From Paragordius varius (lineage: Eukaryota > Animalia > Nematomorpha): 64,000 bases of DNA. Numbering within the stretch: the first letter of the stretch is position 1; each line of letters opens with the position of its first letter. Made by a program: the position numbers and the translations under genes. Of this stretch, positions 25,727-38,416 are shown piece by piece. Where the stretch lies: positions 13,454,001 to 13,518,000 of the forward strand of contig OZ176050.1 in assembly GCA_964247055.1 (NCBI GenBank), read 5' to 3'. The notes beneath the pieces are model-generated. The model was not told the origin of the DNA. It searched no databases and worked only from the letters and a program-made list of their open reading frames with translations.

Positions 25727-28354
25727 TAAAGGAACCCAATTTTTATTTACCACCTGATATTTATCTTTTAACATTCCATTCAACCCAAAACATATCCAAT
25801 TAATTAAAGTTAATTATATGAAAATTATTTTGTTTGCTTATTATTTACAATAATTTATGCAGAGAGACACGTTCTGATTTTTTTATCACATATATACTTT
25901 AAATTTTAATCACACTTTTCAAACACCAACTGATATTTATTTTGGAATATTTATTGTCACCAAATTTTACATTTGATTGACAAAAACATATCAACCAATT
26001 ATTTAAAATAGAGAATGTATTGTGAATGCATATTATAATTATATAAAACCATAAGAATCCATCCAAAAAAATATTAATAATTATACTAGCCACCATTCAT
26101 ATTTTTTCGTTATGAATCACATGATTTGAAATTTTTATTTTGGTTTATAAACTCTGATTTTTCCATTATATATTTATTTCATAATAATAATAATAATATG
26201 AATCAAAATTATACCATTACAATAAATTATTGCGCAAAAATACATCGGTATATAGCTTTTTAATGTGAGAAAAAATCCTGTATATTCTGTTTGACTTGGG
26301 AGCTGTGTGCATAAGTTTTGGCTGTTAACATGTGCTAATTTTAAAATTATATAAATAATTTGAAATTTTATGATCTATGGACTAAACTAGGTATCCCACA
26401 AGTTATAACTATTTGACTGTATCCTATCTTTATAAAGTTAAATCAGTCCAAGTAAAATATTGCCTTTTTTTACCTGTTAAAGCCGTATTATTGGAAGAAA
26501 ATTCTAAAATATTTGTTATTATCAAATAAATTTTTAAAATGACCCAATAAGAAGTTTATTCAAAAATCTTAATTTTATGATAGATATATTCCAAATTGAT
26601 AGTGATAAAATTTAACCACTGCCCAATTTAATGGCTTCTCACAGAATCCAATATATATAGTTTAAGGCACGTTACAACCTTTTAGACTAATCGATCACAT
26701 TTAACTGATCAACTATCAGTTGTGTTGTATATTGATATTCAGATGGCGGTTTGTCTCACCATTTAATATGAAAATTTCATAATAAAATGATTATATGAAG
26801 GTATATTCTATTTGCTCAAATTTTGTATTATTAATTATAATTGGAACATTATAATTATATATTTTAAGATCTTGTTAATGATAATATTTAATAAGTAAAA
26901 AATTATTTATTAAATATTAATTTGGCTTTGTATAGTGTGAAATTAATCTCCTTGATATCAAATAAATAAAATTTCCGTAAGGTATTTTTGCATGATACAT
27001 ACAAGGATGTAGGATTAATTAATGGATATGTTATTTACATAAAACAAAAATATAAAAAAATAGACTATGCAAATATTATCATCACTAAAATTTTTTGTAT
27101 CATATATACAAAAAATATAATTATAATTTGCATATGTAAAAGATGAATATATTATAATGTAAAAATACCTAGGAAAAGTAACCTGTCTTAATTTACTTTT
27201 TCAAATGTCAAGTCTAATTTTTGCCTTTTGTAAGATTGAATTAGCACGGTATTTATGAAAATTTTATTTTTGAACCATGCTCTTATTTGGGTTGAAATTA
27301 TTTAACTACACCTTCCATTAAAACAGTGGCACTTAAACCCTGCCTTAGTGCTATTTCATGGTCCTGAATATTTATTTATAAACGTATTTTTAAAAATATT
27401 TGAAAATGTGTCAAACGCCTATGATATTTTATCAATATTATATGGTGCACGGCCCTTGACACCAGGTTTTTCTTGCCGCCCTATAAAAAATTTTGGTGCA
27501 TTGCTCTAAATTTTTTAAAACCCCATCTCTGTTTTCCATATAACTAAAATGACATCTAGAGCCAAAAATATTATAGATTTTCTATAGGCCTATCTTTGAT
27601 TTAGTATAGGGAGTTTTTCTGACTTTTAAGCCTATGTTTTCACAAACACTAATTTTTTAATATTGATTTGTTTAATATACAAGCTCTCACCTAGATCATA
27701 ATGTTGATCCGGCTTATTCTGTATGAACGATGAGTCCACAACATGAACAAAACGCGTCTCACATAATAGCTTGAGATAACACTAATTTTGCTTGTGCCAT
27801 ATGGTTATGGTATGAAAACTATTGTTTTTGATAAAAAAAATTGTTTGTGCGTGGATATTCTCTTAAAAAAATATACCTTAAGAACATTGAATAACAGCGC
27901 ATCGTAATTCGAGCATTTTTTCAACTGCTAAAATATCTAGTCAATTAAAACATCGGTGATGGTTGTCCAAGCAATGTTATTGTACTGAATTCTTACCTCC
28001 AATATGCTCTTTCATCTAAGAACCTCTCTTTTAAAATGCTCAACGTATACTTACAGTTTTTACAGTTCAGTCATTATACTGTTTTTGATTTGATGCCCCG
28101 AGTTTTAAACACAATGGGTTTGTTATAAATACAGTAGTTATGTGAAAGATTATCTAAGTGGGTAAAACTTCCACTGCGGGGTAAACAATATTTTTGCGAC
28201 GTTTGAGATTCTGACTTATGTTTAATAAATATGCTCGATAGTGTACCTTCAATATGATTGGTATCTTTGGACGAATCGATTGTCAATTACAACATTGTTT
28301 ATCATATACACTGCATATCGGGGCTATAAAAAACAACCTGATGAGTTATATATA

Positions 28355-29505
28355 TATACATACTAATAGGACACCGTATCAGGATTATTATGGCCCCATT
28401 GGTTTGGGACGTTACGAGTGATTTTAGAAAGTTATTTACAGTTTTCCGGTGAGTGCTCCATATCAAAAATGGCAAGCAAACTTTTTTATAAATAATTTCT
28501 TTGGCCAAAGCTAAATGCTTCATTCCAAAAAATATCACTAATATATATATCATAAGTTACATAAAAAATCACGACAATATTCTCAAAATATTTTAATTTT
28601 TGGATGTAGGCTCCGAAAGTTCCGAATTTTTTCGCTTTTAGTTTTCTTTAAAAACACTCAAAAATGCCGAAGTGCGCGATAAAAATTTTAATGCTAAATT
28701 TTGATATCAACTAAAAATATTTTTTTTTAAAAAAATGCATACTTTTTCAAAAATTTAATTGCAAAAATTAATGAAGCGTACTCAAACTATTTTGCGGGAT
28801 AATGGAAACGGTATTAAAAGCAAGATATTATAAAAACACTCTCCCTATATAAGTGGATTTCTTCCTTAGAATTTTAATTAAAACATTTGTTCGTCTTCAA
28901 GATTATATAAAATTAAATTTTTTTTACAAAAATTCACCAAAATTATAATGCAACGAAACTTTAAATTGAAATTCTGAGGCAATAAAAATGTTCAGTACCA
29001 TCCAATTATATGTAAAAAAATTATCCTACAATTTTTTATACCGTTTCTATCATGCCTTAAAATAGTGTGAAGTACGCTTCAAAAAAATTTTACTAAAAAT
29101 CAAGTTTTTGAAAAGATTATGCTTTTTTAATAAAAAATTTTTAGTTTACAAAATTTAGCACATATAGAAAAATTTTATTGGCTAAAACCGACGTATTTGC
29201 ATTGATTGAGAGAACTAGCCCATTTTAGAATAGCACAAAATTTGGGACTCTCGCAGCCCACATCTAAAAAATAAAATATTTTAAAAAGATTGCTTTGCTT
29301 TTTATATGTAATTTATGATATATTTTAGTGATATTTTTTGGGATGAAACATTTAGCTTTGTCCAAAAAAATTATGTGCGCAAATTTTGCCATTTTCTGAT
29401 ATGGAGCACCTAGCACAAAAGTGTAAATAATTTTCTAAATTATTCATAACGGCCAAAACCAAATGCAATGATAATCCTGATACATTTTCTTATCAAAATA
29501 TATAT
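28355..29505. mobile_element. ~1.1-kb element with long imperfect inverted arms (family L)
   Basis: gtatcaggattat..gtgctccatatca..gctaaatgcttcattcc on the left; mirrored gatatggagcac..gataatcctgatac on the right. Other copies at 36670-37735 and 63545-63880 (one arm). Confidence 0.75.
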
Positions 29506-30756
29506 ATTTCAACAGATTATTTTTTGTGGACACTATGTATATGGCATTAGTTGAGCGTTTATAAGCATGAATGCATTAATCTGTTATAAAACCTCCTGTT
29601 TTTTGATTGATCAAAAACCCAGGCTTATTGCTACATATTTTGTATTTAGCGCTCAATGTTGCTTATTTTTGAATGATCACGCATTTTTGTTAAACAATCT
29701 AAAATAAAAGGTATCTTAGAAAATATATATTAAACATACTGTTTTTGAGTAATTAACATAAAACAAAGTTTGGTGTGCACAATTAACCTTATTAAGCGTG
29801 ATGAGTTGCAAATTAAAAGCGAACTTGCGCAATAAATTACCTTATATATTGCGACTTCTGTATATAATTTGATATTATGCAAAATTGTAATTCTGTTCTG
29901 TCTAGGAAACTAAGATTAGATTTGATAACACTGATAATGACTTAACATAAAAACCTTAAAACCTAATTAAATTCTTGTAATTTAATTATTATATCTAATT
30001 ATCATCATATTCTGGATGAAATTGGCGAATAGAAGACACCATAATAACTTTCATTATTTTTATATCAATATCAAAACATTGGCGGACTTATTTAATGTAT
30101 ATTCATTCACCACTTTACTCATAATTGTTTGGACCTGTATTGGTAAAGTTTATTTACATTTCATGGAAATTATTTATCTTTGCTTTTGATCGCAATTTAT
30201 AAAGTGGTCTCTTTTTCTAAGATTATTTGATAACAATAATTTGTTAATTAAAGGTTTTATTGCACAAAACAATTTGTAGTATTTAAAAGTAAGAAGTTAC
30301 AAACAGTTTTACTATTCTATAATATTTCATTAATTGTGCCCCATAATTCATTGATTAAGCTTCTTAGGCGACATAATTTTAGTATATACGATTTAAAAAT
30401 GCGCTTTTGTGTTCTTTTGTTGAAAAGTTCTTAGACCAAATTTAACGTGTTTCATGAGTAAGGCGTTTTATTAGTTTTGGACAAACGGTTTCGCCCCTGT
30501 ATAGGCATTTTGATGTAAAAAATTTATACAGCTAAGGTTTTTTCTATCAACAGTCTCTGCCAAATCCCATTGTATTTAATTCTTTACTGACCACTTCAAC
30601 TTCATCATCTTTATATAATTAACACTTAAATTGAAATTTATTAACTTCTAACAATTATACGAACAATATTTTGCTTCTGAAGACCGAAATATGTTTAAAA
30701 AAATGTTTTGTCCGATAATATGTGAATAAATTAGTGTTAAATTTAATATTCTTGAG

Positions 30757-31329
30757 CAGGGGTGTCCAACACCCGGCTTTGCAAGAATTTTTTAAGGCCC
30801 GCAAAAAATTTGAGAAATAACAAATAAATACAACATTTTATGATTTAATAAGATAATTTAGTAAGTATAAAATTTATATCATTTGTTTTAATACATTATT
30901 ATATTATAGTTATTGCATTTATTAACATCATTGATTCGAAGGGTTATTTTAAAAGCGTTTTATTTATATATGTATATATACCGCATATACCCTAATCTAT
31001 TTGGTAAGTACTATGGATTTAAGATAAAAAATATCATTTATTTTACATTTTTAATGACGAATACGTACAACTATATTTAGAGTTAGGTTAAAACTAACAT
31101 CTTGATTTTTAAAATTATTGGAAAATTTTGAATTATCTTTCCAGAATTTAGCCAACGGGTTAAATACATTAATAAAATAATTACTTGATATATAGTGGTC
31201 GTAATTTATTTACAATCCCATGAATGAAATGTAATAAAATATTTATTGAGTCCGTTTGTAGTTTTTTCAATGCGATCCTCCAATTTAAGCAGAAAATGCG
31301 ACCCGCAAAGCCATTTGCGGACACACCTG
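30757..31329. mobile_element. hAT-type MITE (CAGGGGTGTCCAA termini)
   Basis: caggggtgtccaac ... gcggacacacctg. Related ends at ~10424, 42645-42902 and 58570-58823; TSDs degenerate or not recognisable. Confidence 0.65.
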
Positions 31330-31497
31330 CTTTACATATTGAGGGACATTAATAATTTTCAATGGTGTGAAAAATATTGAGTTTGCTTGATGGAAGGAAA
31401 AAAAATATTTTCGATTAATTTCATTAAATAATCGATTCAAAATAATGATAATAATATTTTTTTTACATATTTTTTGCATCAAATTATTAAAAAAAAG

Positions 31498-31569
31498 TTC
31501 CCGTACCGGGAATCGAACCCGGGCCGCCTGGGTGAAAACCAGGAATCCTAGCCGCTAGACCATACGGGA
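31498..31569 (-). tRNA. tRNA-Glu, anticodon UUC
   Basis: Reverse complement TCCCGTATGGTCTAGCGGCTAGGATTCCTGGTTTTCACCCAGGCGGCCCGGGTTCGATTCCCGGTACGGGA: full cloverleaf, anticodon loop TT-TTC-AC, T-loop GGTTCGATTCC, followed by an oligo-T Pol III terminator. Confidence 0.97.
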
Positions 31570-31912
31570 GATGTTTAAAGCTAATCAGTTAAGATTTATA
31601 TAACAATTGTATATATTGAAAAATAATTTCCGTAGACAGAGATTGCAAGCGCATTTTATTGGAGATGTATCCATTTTTTATTTGAGATCCTAGTCGATTA
31701 ACGACTGTTATTATTTACGTAATAAAACTTTCCTAATGGCGGACCTTTACGGGACACCTTTGTAATGATTAGTAACTCTTGATTAAAATAAACTAATTTA
31801 CGTTTATAACCCATTTTTATTCCTAATTTTTCCATATATCTAATATCAATTATTTCCATACTCCACCAATGGAACTATATATTATATCTAACCAAATTAT
31901 TTTATCTATTAG

Positions 31913-34015
31913 GTGTTAACGGGCAATTATCATGGACGTATATTCATGTGCCTCGAGATCGATATTTAGGAAACCTAACCAAAAATTTCATATTCAAAAT
32001 ACATGGTGAAGTTTACAGTCGTGGTGAAAATATCTTATTGATTCGCAATTTTCTATACGACGGGACTAAACCATACCGGGCACCATGTAAGTACAAAAAA
32101 TGTTTTATTCATAACAAAATTCCAAGTGCTTTTAAAGGTAGTTAATATTAGTATTAGCAATCTGTAAGTATACTCTGATTTACAAGTTTCGCAATTTCGA
32201 AACTTTATAGGATTTATTTATCGAGAATTATCAACCTTGGCAACGATCATTATCTACAAAGGATATACACTCTTTTCGGCGCATTTTTATTTAATGTGTA
32301 GTCTATATTTAATTACTTTATGGGGATTATAATTAATTTAGATTTAATATGATTAAAACTTTGAAAAATGAAAAACATTTTATTTTGGAGTAACTTAATA
32401 TTCCCAATCCAAATATAAATGAACTATCTTTAATATTTATGATGTTGCGCCAATATGTATGCATTCTATAACCATTAAGTCGCATTATCAAAAATTATGT
32501 TAAATTCATATTATTTAATGATGTTTTGACAGCAAGTTTACTACATTAATCAACTGATTGTTTGAATTGAAAAGAGGGACCAAATTTTAAATTGTTGAAG
32601 TTACTAACTTTAAAAAAGTTTTTACCCAATGTTAATAAAATCCTTTAATCGGCCATGTCTTTAATTTTTATTACATATTCTGGGACAAAAAACTTTAAAT
32701 AATTTAGGTAAAAATTTTAATTGTAATAATGTTTACCTAGCTTTTCATTAATATATTAATAAATTCAAAATATTTTTCTGCTCTTGTGAATTACAAAAAA
32801 CTCTTATTTTACCGTTTTACACATTTTTTAATTAATTATGACCATGTGTTATAAATTAATTGGTTGTGGGAGCTAGAAGATTAACGACCGTTAGCCATCT
32901 TTCTCCACTCGATTCTGTCTCGGCCTTTAGGGAGATTTGTAGGGATATTTTGGAAAGTGATAAAATTTCGTCCGTCCAACGAATACGTCTTCGGTCTTAT
33001 CCTCTCTCGCTGTTTACTTTACCTACATTATATCCTTTTCCAAAAAATATCTACGAATTATATGCCCAAAGTCCCCAAATTTTTGGGTTATTTGTGTATT
33101 GCTTCTGTTTGCGATATCGATGTTTTTTACTTTGTCTTTCCATGTATGAACTAAATTCATACAACAAAACATTTCAAGAGTTTTTTCGTTTTTAATACTT
33201 TACCTTATCCTTAAAATACTGAATATCGTAGTGACGATCCATGAAACTCCTTTATACACAGGCTCCTACCTCTACCAGGCCTTTCGTATAAAAAATTTAA
33301 TAAATACTCTATACAGCGGAATATATATTCGATTATTAAGCCAATTTTTATTATAATCAAAGCTTATACCTCGTTGCAATATATTGCCTCAGTAAAATTT
33401 CTAGATTAAACGTATGTATGCATATATTTTAGTACCAAGATTTATTATTGGATTACGGAAGCGCGTGACAAATGCCATTGTGGATTATCCTCCAAGTGTA
33501 TCCCATCTCCCCAATGTTAAGGATGGTCTAATTATTCCAAATGAAATAGGAGTGTATATCTTTTTTACTAATCACAATATATATTTTACTATTAGTTGAA
33601 TGTTAAACATTCATTGCGGTATATAATTTTGAAAACATAAGCGGAAACCGTGCAACTAATCCTTCTAACTTAGATTAACAATCAAATATATTATATTTAA
33701 ACTAATTGCAACGCAAATATTCTAACGCATATGATGGCTTTTATATTTGCTTATAAATTAGCTAATATCTATTTAAACGTTAGAGTCGATAGCTTTAGAA
33801 CTAAATACAATACAACCGAATTAGCATTAACTCTTCCTTTCGGCGTGCAGGCTAGTAATCTCAAATGGTTTTCAATTTTTAGTTTGGAATATGGAGTATT
33901 TATTTTTCTTTTAAATAATTTTGTTAATATTGAATATAATTTTATTTTTTATCTTTTAGTTACCGTATGCAACCATTCATTTTTAGACGATAGAATACCT
34001 TCGAAACCTGGATAG
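31913..34015 (+). CDS. DM13-domain (Skeletor-like) protein; start and end unresolved
   Basis: Exons 31913-32086, 33433-33553, 33784-33895 join in phase: YLGNL..IHGEVYS..LLIRNFLYDG..PRFIIG..DGLIIPNE..YNTTELALTLP..LKWFSIF, the DM13 pattern. No in-frame ATG was found upstream, and the exon from 33960 hits TAG after 8 codons unless a T-run is one base longer. Confidence 0.7.
32870..33200 (-). mobile_element. 3' fragment of an RTE-clade non-LTR retrotransposon ORF, decayed, in DM13 gene intron 1
   Basis: Minus-strand translation EMFC..WKDKVKN..FGHIIRR..LEK / GKVNSERG*..RRIRWTDEI / RDRIEWRKM matches the characteristic RTE C-terminus (FGHI.RR..LEK..GK.EG.R.RGR.R.RW.D...DR..WR), with stops and frameshifts. 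Confidence 0.75.
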
Positions 34016-36669
34016 TTTTATTAATAAATATACTATTTTCACATCGTTTTGTTAGAAATCAATAATCATATAATGGAAACTTTTAAATATCTTGAGCCTA
34101 GGGTTTAAATCAAAGGTAAAATTTAAAATAAAATATATCAACTGAAACGTGGTGTTTTAACAAATAATATCAGAGGTTCGTATGATTAGAACCTAACTCT
34201 TAAAACCGAAGTCTCTATTGCAATGTAGCAATATCAGTCTAGGTGTGGTGCGAAATTAAACAGTGAAGTTTGAAAAAAATTTAAAGTTGTAAAATATTAC
34301 GTATTTTTTATAAAACTGATCATGCATTGGGACAAATATTTAAACGTTCGATGATTTGATCATTTAGGCTCGCTTAAATCAAAGATTATATAATGCCTTT
34401 ATATATTTAAATTATATATTCTATTTATTTTTCAAAATATCTGGTTAAAAAGTTAAAATTTATATCATACAAATTTTAAGAGTTTTAGCAGTGTTTCAAA
34501 CCAGTTCGAATAAAGTTGAATGGATTTGATTTTCAATATTTTAATAAAACCAGGCTTTTGGGATGATAACCCTGTGCACAAAATCTGCTGGTACAAAAAA
34601 TCCTGAATTTGGTTGAATAGAAGCTTGATTCCAAAATATACAATAATATATATCATAAAGTGGGGGGGGGGTGATAAGATTCGCACTTGACTTGCAAGTC
34701 AACCGGGGAAATTAAGTTTACTTAAGCTAGCAAGTGCACATTTAAAGATAAGTGTAAAAAACATTTAAATCAAGTTTTGTTTAGCGAATGTAACAATTTT
34801 TTGCCACTCAATTTAAATTTTACGGAAATCAGTTTAATTCCTTTTAGCCAAAATATACGGAATAAGGCATTCAAAATAACCAATGCAATAAATTTATTAA
34901 AGTTCTAGAATCGCGGTATGCAGAGAATTTGTAAGTTGATAAAACCATTTGCCCTCAGAATACTCTTTATTATTTACCACAAGTTTGGCATTTTTTTAAT
35001 TATACATTATAATTATATTCTAATAAACACCGGAATTATCACGAGATAGTTCTTTTTATGGGCTATTTTTATCATCGAGAGTCCAGTACGGATTCGAATA
35101 TCTCTCCAACTGCTTTACGTTTTGTTACCTTTTTTAGAATTTTGCATAATGGGTTCTACAATATAATAACATATCATATTCAATTCATTATTGAGATCAC
35201 ATTTGAAATAAATTCATAATTTACATGTTTTAATAACATGAATTAACATTATGCATTTATGAATTTATTTTAAACGAAGATTTGGCAATTTTAAACAAGG
35301 TCAATAGATAATATACCCTCATTACTTTCAAGATATATTTATTAGTCAATTGAATTTCATAGCGATAATCAATTGTTAATAATGCCCTATATACATTAGC
35401 AGATTTTTCTAAAAAATTTTGTATCTACCCAATTTGAGGTTATTTAGCCAAAAATTATAATTTATTAGCAAAGTTTCCACACTTAGTATATTTAAAAAGC
35501 AAATTTATATTTTTATGCTTTTAAGATGTGGGCTCTGAAAGCAAATTAAACCAATTTTTTAACCATAAGTGCTAAAAGTCGAGATTTTGCGACAAGATTT
35601 TAATAGTTGATGAATTATGGCATCAAAAAAAATGTTTTATTGAAAGCATACTTTGTTAAAAATTAATTTAACAAAATTTTGATGCCGTACTTTATGGCAC
35701 TTCACATGGCAAAAACGGTAGAAATTTTTTTTTATTAAAACACCCTTTCTATATAATTCAGGACGCTCACTTCACAATTTTGATTTAAACATCAGTTCGT
35801 CTTTAATTTTTAGTTAAAATTAAAAACTGGTTCCAAAAATGTGCCTAAATTAATACAAATACAAATTTTAAATTAAAATTTTGCAATGATAGAAGTGCCT
35901 TTTTCCCTTATATAAAAAGTCTACTATAATAAAAGTGTTTTTATGCCGTTTTTACCATGAACACCATAAAATACCAACAAAATATGCATTTTTTAGTCCT
36001 TCGATTCAAATTGGGTAGTTAAATACCCCAAGCCTGTTTAAAATTAAATTCTTTAAAAAGTATGGAAGGAATCCAAACCATGGCAAAATTTTGCACTTAT
36101 ATTACATTAATAAACCGAAATATAGAAATATTTTTATTTAAAAATAGTTGATATTACTTATTTTAATTTAAACCTAAAGGTAAAAATTTCGTCAATGTGA
36201 CATGTGTTAAATGGTAAAATTGAAAAATATTACAAAATAAACCTCTTTTTCTACTTCTATCGATGTTAGATCTAATTCAAATTCAAAATTAGCTTTAATT
36301 TTACCCTTAAAATAAAATGAAGACGATATTTTGCAAAAAAATGTTCAAAATAAAAATGGCGTCGAAGTAGAGATGGAACTTTTTTTTTCAAAACAAAATT
36401 TTATTTAGCTATTTTGGCATATTTATATAATTTTTATTAGGATAGAAGCATTTTAAATTGGAACCGTTTCCTTCAGTAGTTTTTTAAAATCCCAACTTAA
36501 ACTTAGTCTGGGGTATTTAGATATCCTAATTCGAATCGAAATGTATTTAAAAAACCTAACCCATTTCGGAGGCCAAAAATGAACTTTGGAGCTCACATCA
36601 GTTATAATTTTATAAAAACACTTGGTGTGCTTTTTAAACACTGTAAGCAAAAATAACCTGATGAAATAA

Positions 36670-37735
36670 ATATATCCTGATAGGAATATGTATCAGGATT
36701 ATCGGTCCCCTTAATGTTGGCCATTAGGAGTAATTCGTGAAAGAAATTCACATTTTTAAATATTTTTTTTGGTGAAAGCTAACCTGCTTCATTCCAAAAA
36801 AATATTATTAAATTATATCGTAAAATGAATATAAAGGAAAACATCATTAAAAAAAATTTGATAAGGGCTTGAGAGTTCCAATTTTTTTGCTCCTCTAAAA
36901 GGGGCTAATTTGGCCTGATGTGCGATAAAATTTTGAATATTTACTATATTTAAATATCATCTATTTTTTTTAAAAAAATCCATCTTTTTTTTCAAAATTT
37001 AATTTTCATCAAAACTATGTTAAAGCGTTTCATACTAATTTGATGCGTGATAGAAACGGATTAAAACGCTTTAAGATATTATAAAATCACTTTTATCAGA
37101 GTTTTAGTTTAAAAGTTTGTTTGGTTTCAATTTTTTGTAAAATCACCTTTTTGTTTGACAAAAATTTAAAGACAAACAAATATTTTGCTCTAAATTAAGA
37201 AATGATAAAAATATACGTTATTTTATAGGATAAAAAATGATATTAAACGTAAAAAATAAAAATAAATGATAGAATCCGTCAAACAAGCTACCAAAACATT
37301 TTTTTAAATACAGTTTATTAAGGTTTAATTAATTATTTAGTGAATAGAAGTTAGTTAAGTATCCTGATAAAATAGGTTTTAGTATACGTTTATGCCCAAA
37401 AATAGTAGCAAAAAATATTAAATTTAGCATTTCTTTAATTTGTGCCATCACGCCATTTTTGCCTTTATGATAAGTGAATAAGTCCATTTTAAAAAGTAAC
37501 TCTTTGCCCCTATAGAAAAATTAAATTTTTTGAGGGTATTGTTTTACTTTTTATATATAGTTTAGGCTATATTTTTTGTGAGATTTTTTGGATCAAGCAT
37601 ATGCTAAAATTTGAAAAATGTCCGCAAATTTGCTATTTTCTGATATGGAGCACTTAACAAAAAAGTGTAAACTATTTTCTAAAAAGTAGATAAATCCAAA
37701 AGCACATGATAATCCTGACACAATATCCGATATAT
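36670..37735. mobile_element. Family L copy
   Basis: gtatcaggattatc ... ctgatatggagcactt ... gataatcctgacac. Confidence 0.72.
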
Positions 37736-38416
37736 ATATATATATTTTATTTTAATTTTTATACAATAGTTTGAACAAATATCTTTTACCTCTTTCTCAT
37801 ATAATATTGTAAATTTTTGGGTAATTATACATCTTATATCAGTTTGAACAAAACACTGTTTTGAAAGTTTGTTTAATAATTGTAAAATATTCTCTTGTAG
37901 ATTAGTAAAACTAATATTTGTTGACAGTTTTGGGTACTAAAACACGATCGAACATACATTAAAACCAAAAATAATCAAGGTTCTGCTGGTAAAATAAAGA
38001 TTAAAACCTTTTTAAAGTTAATTATTTACATTTTATAAATATAAATTACATATTTTTGGATGTAGCATTAACTTATAGATAAAGAGCGGAAAAATAGAGA
38101 TGAGGTTTTTTTACCGAAATTTATGAAAAATATGTATAATGAGCCTAAAAGGCTAAAGAAAATATATTTAATTTGGCTTAGTACATTAAATACTTTTTAT
38201 ATTGTATTCAAATTTCGAAGTGATCTGGGATGTAAAACCATTTAAAAAGTTATTGAATGTTAATATTTAAGATAATTCATAAAGTGTGTCTATGAAACAT
38301 CAATTTTCGGCTTTGCGAATAAAAAAAATAACGACGCTTTTTCTTCTGAGAAATGTCTTGCGCATTCTCCCATATGAAATTATCAAAGAAGTCAACTGAT
38401 TTAAAAAAATAATCTA

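Noticed and set aside
30484-30720. Hammerhead-ribozyme-like words (minus tgcc-tatac-agggGCGAAAC at ~30484-30510; plus CTGAAGA-cc-GAAA at 30677)
   Set aside because: The first lacks the CUGANGA core and the second lacks stem II and convincing stems I/III. At best these are decayed Penelope-type relics and cannot be supported.
32910-32945. tctcggcctttag resembling the U2 snRNA 5' end
   Set aside because: The match is short and the region is explained by the antisense RTE ORF.
34688-34703. 16-bp perfect palindrome ttgacttgcaagtcaa
   Set aside because: Isolated, probably part of a TE end; no further structure or second copy was found.
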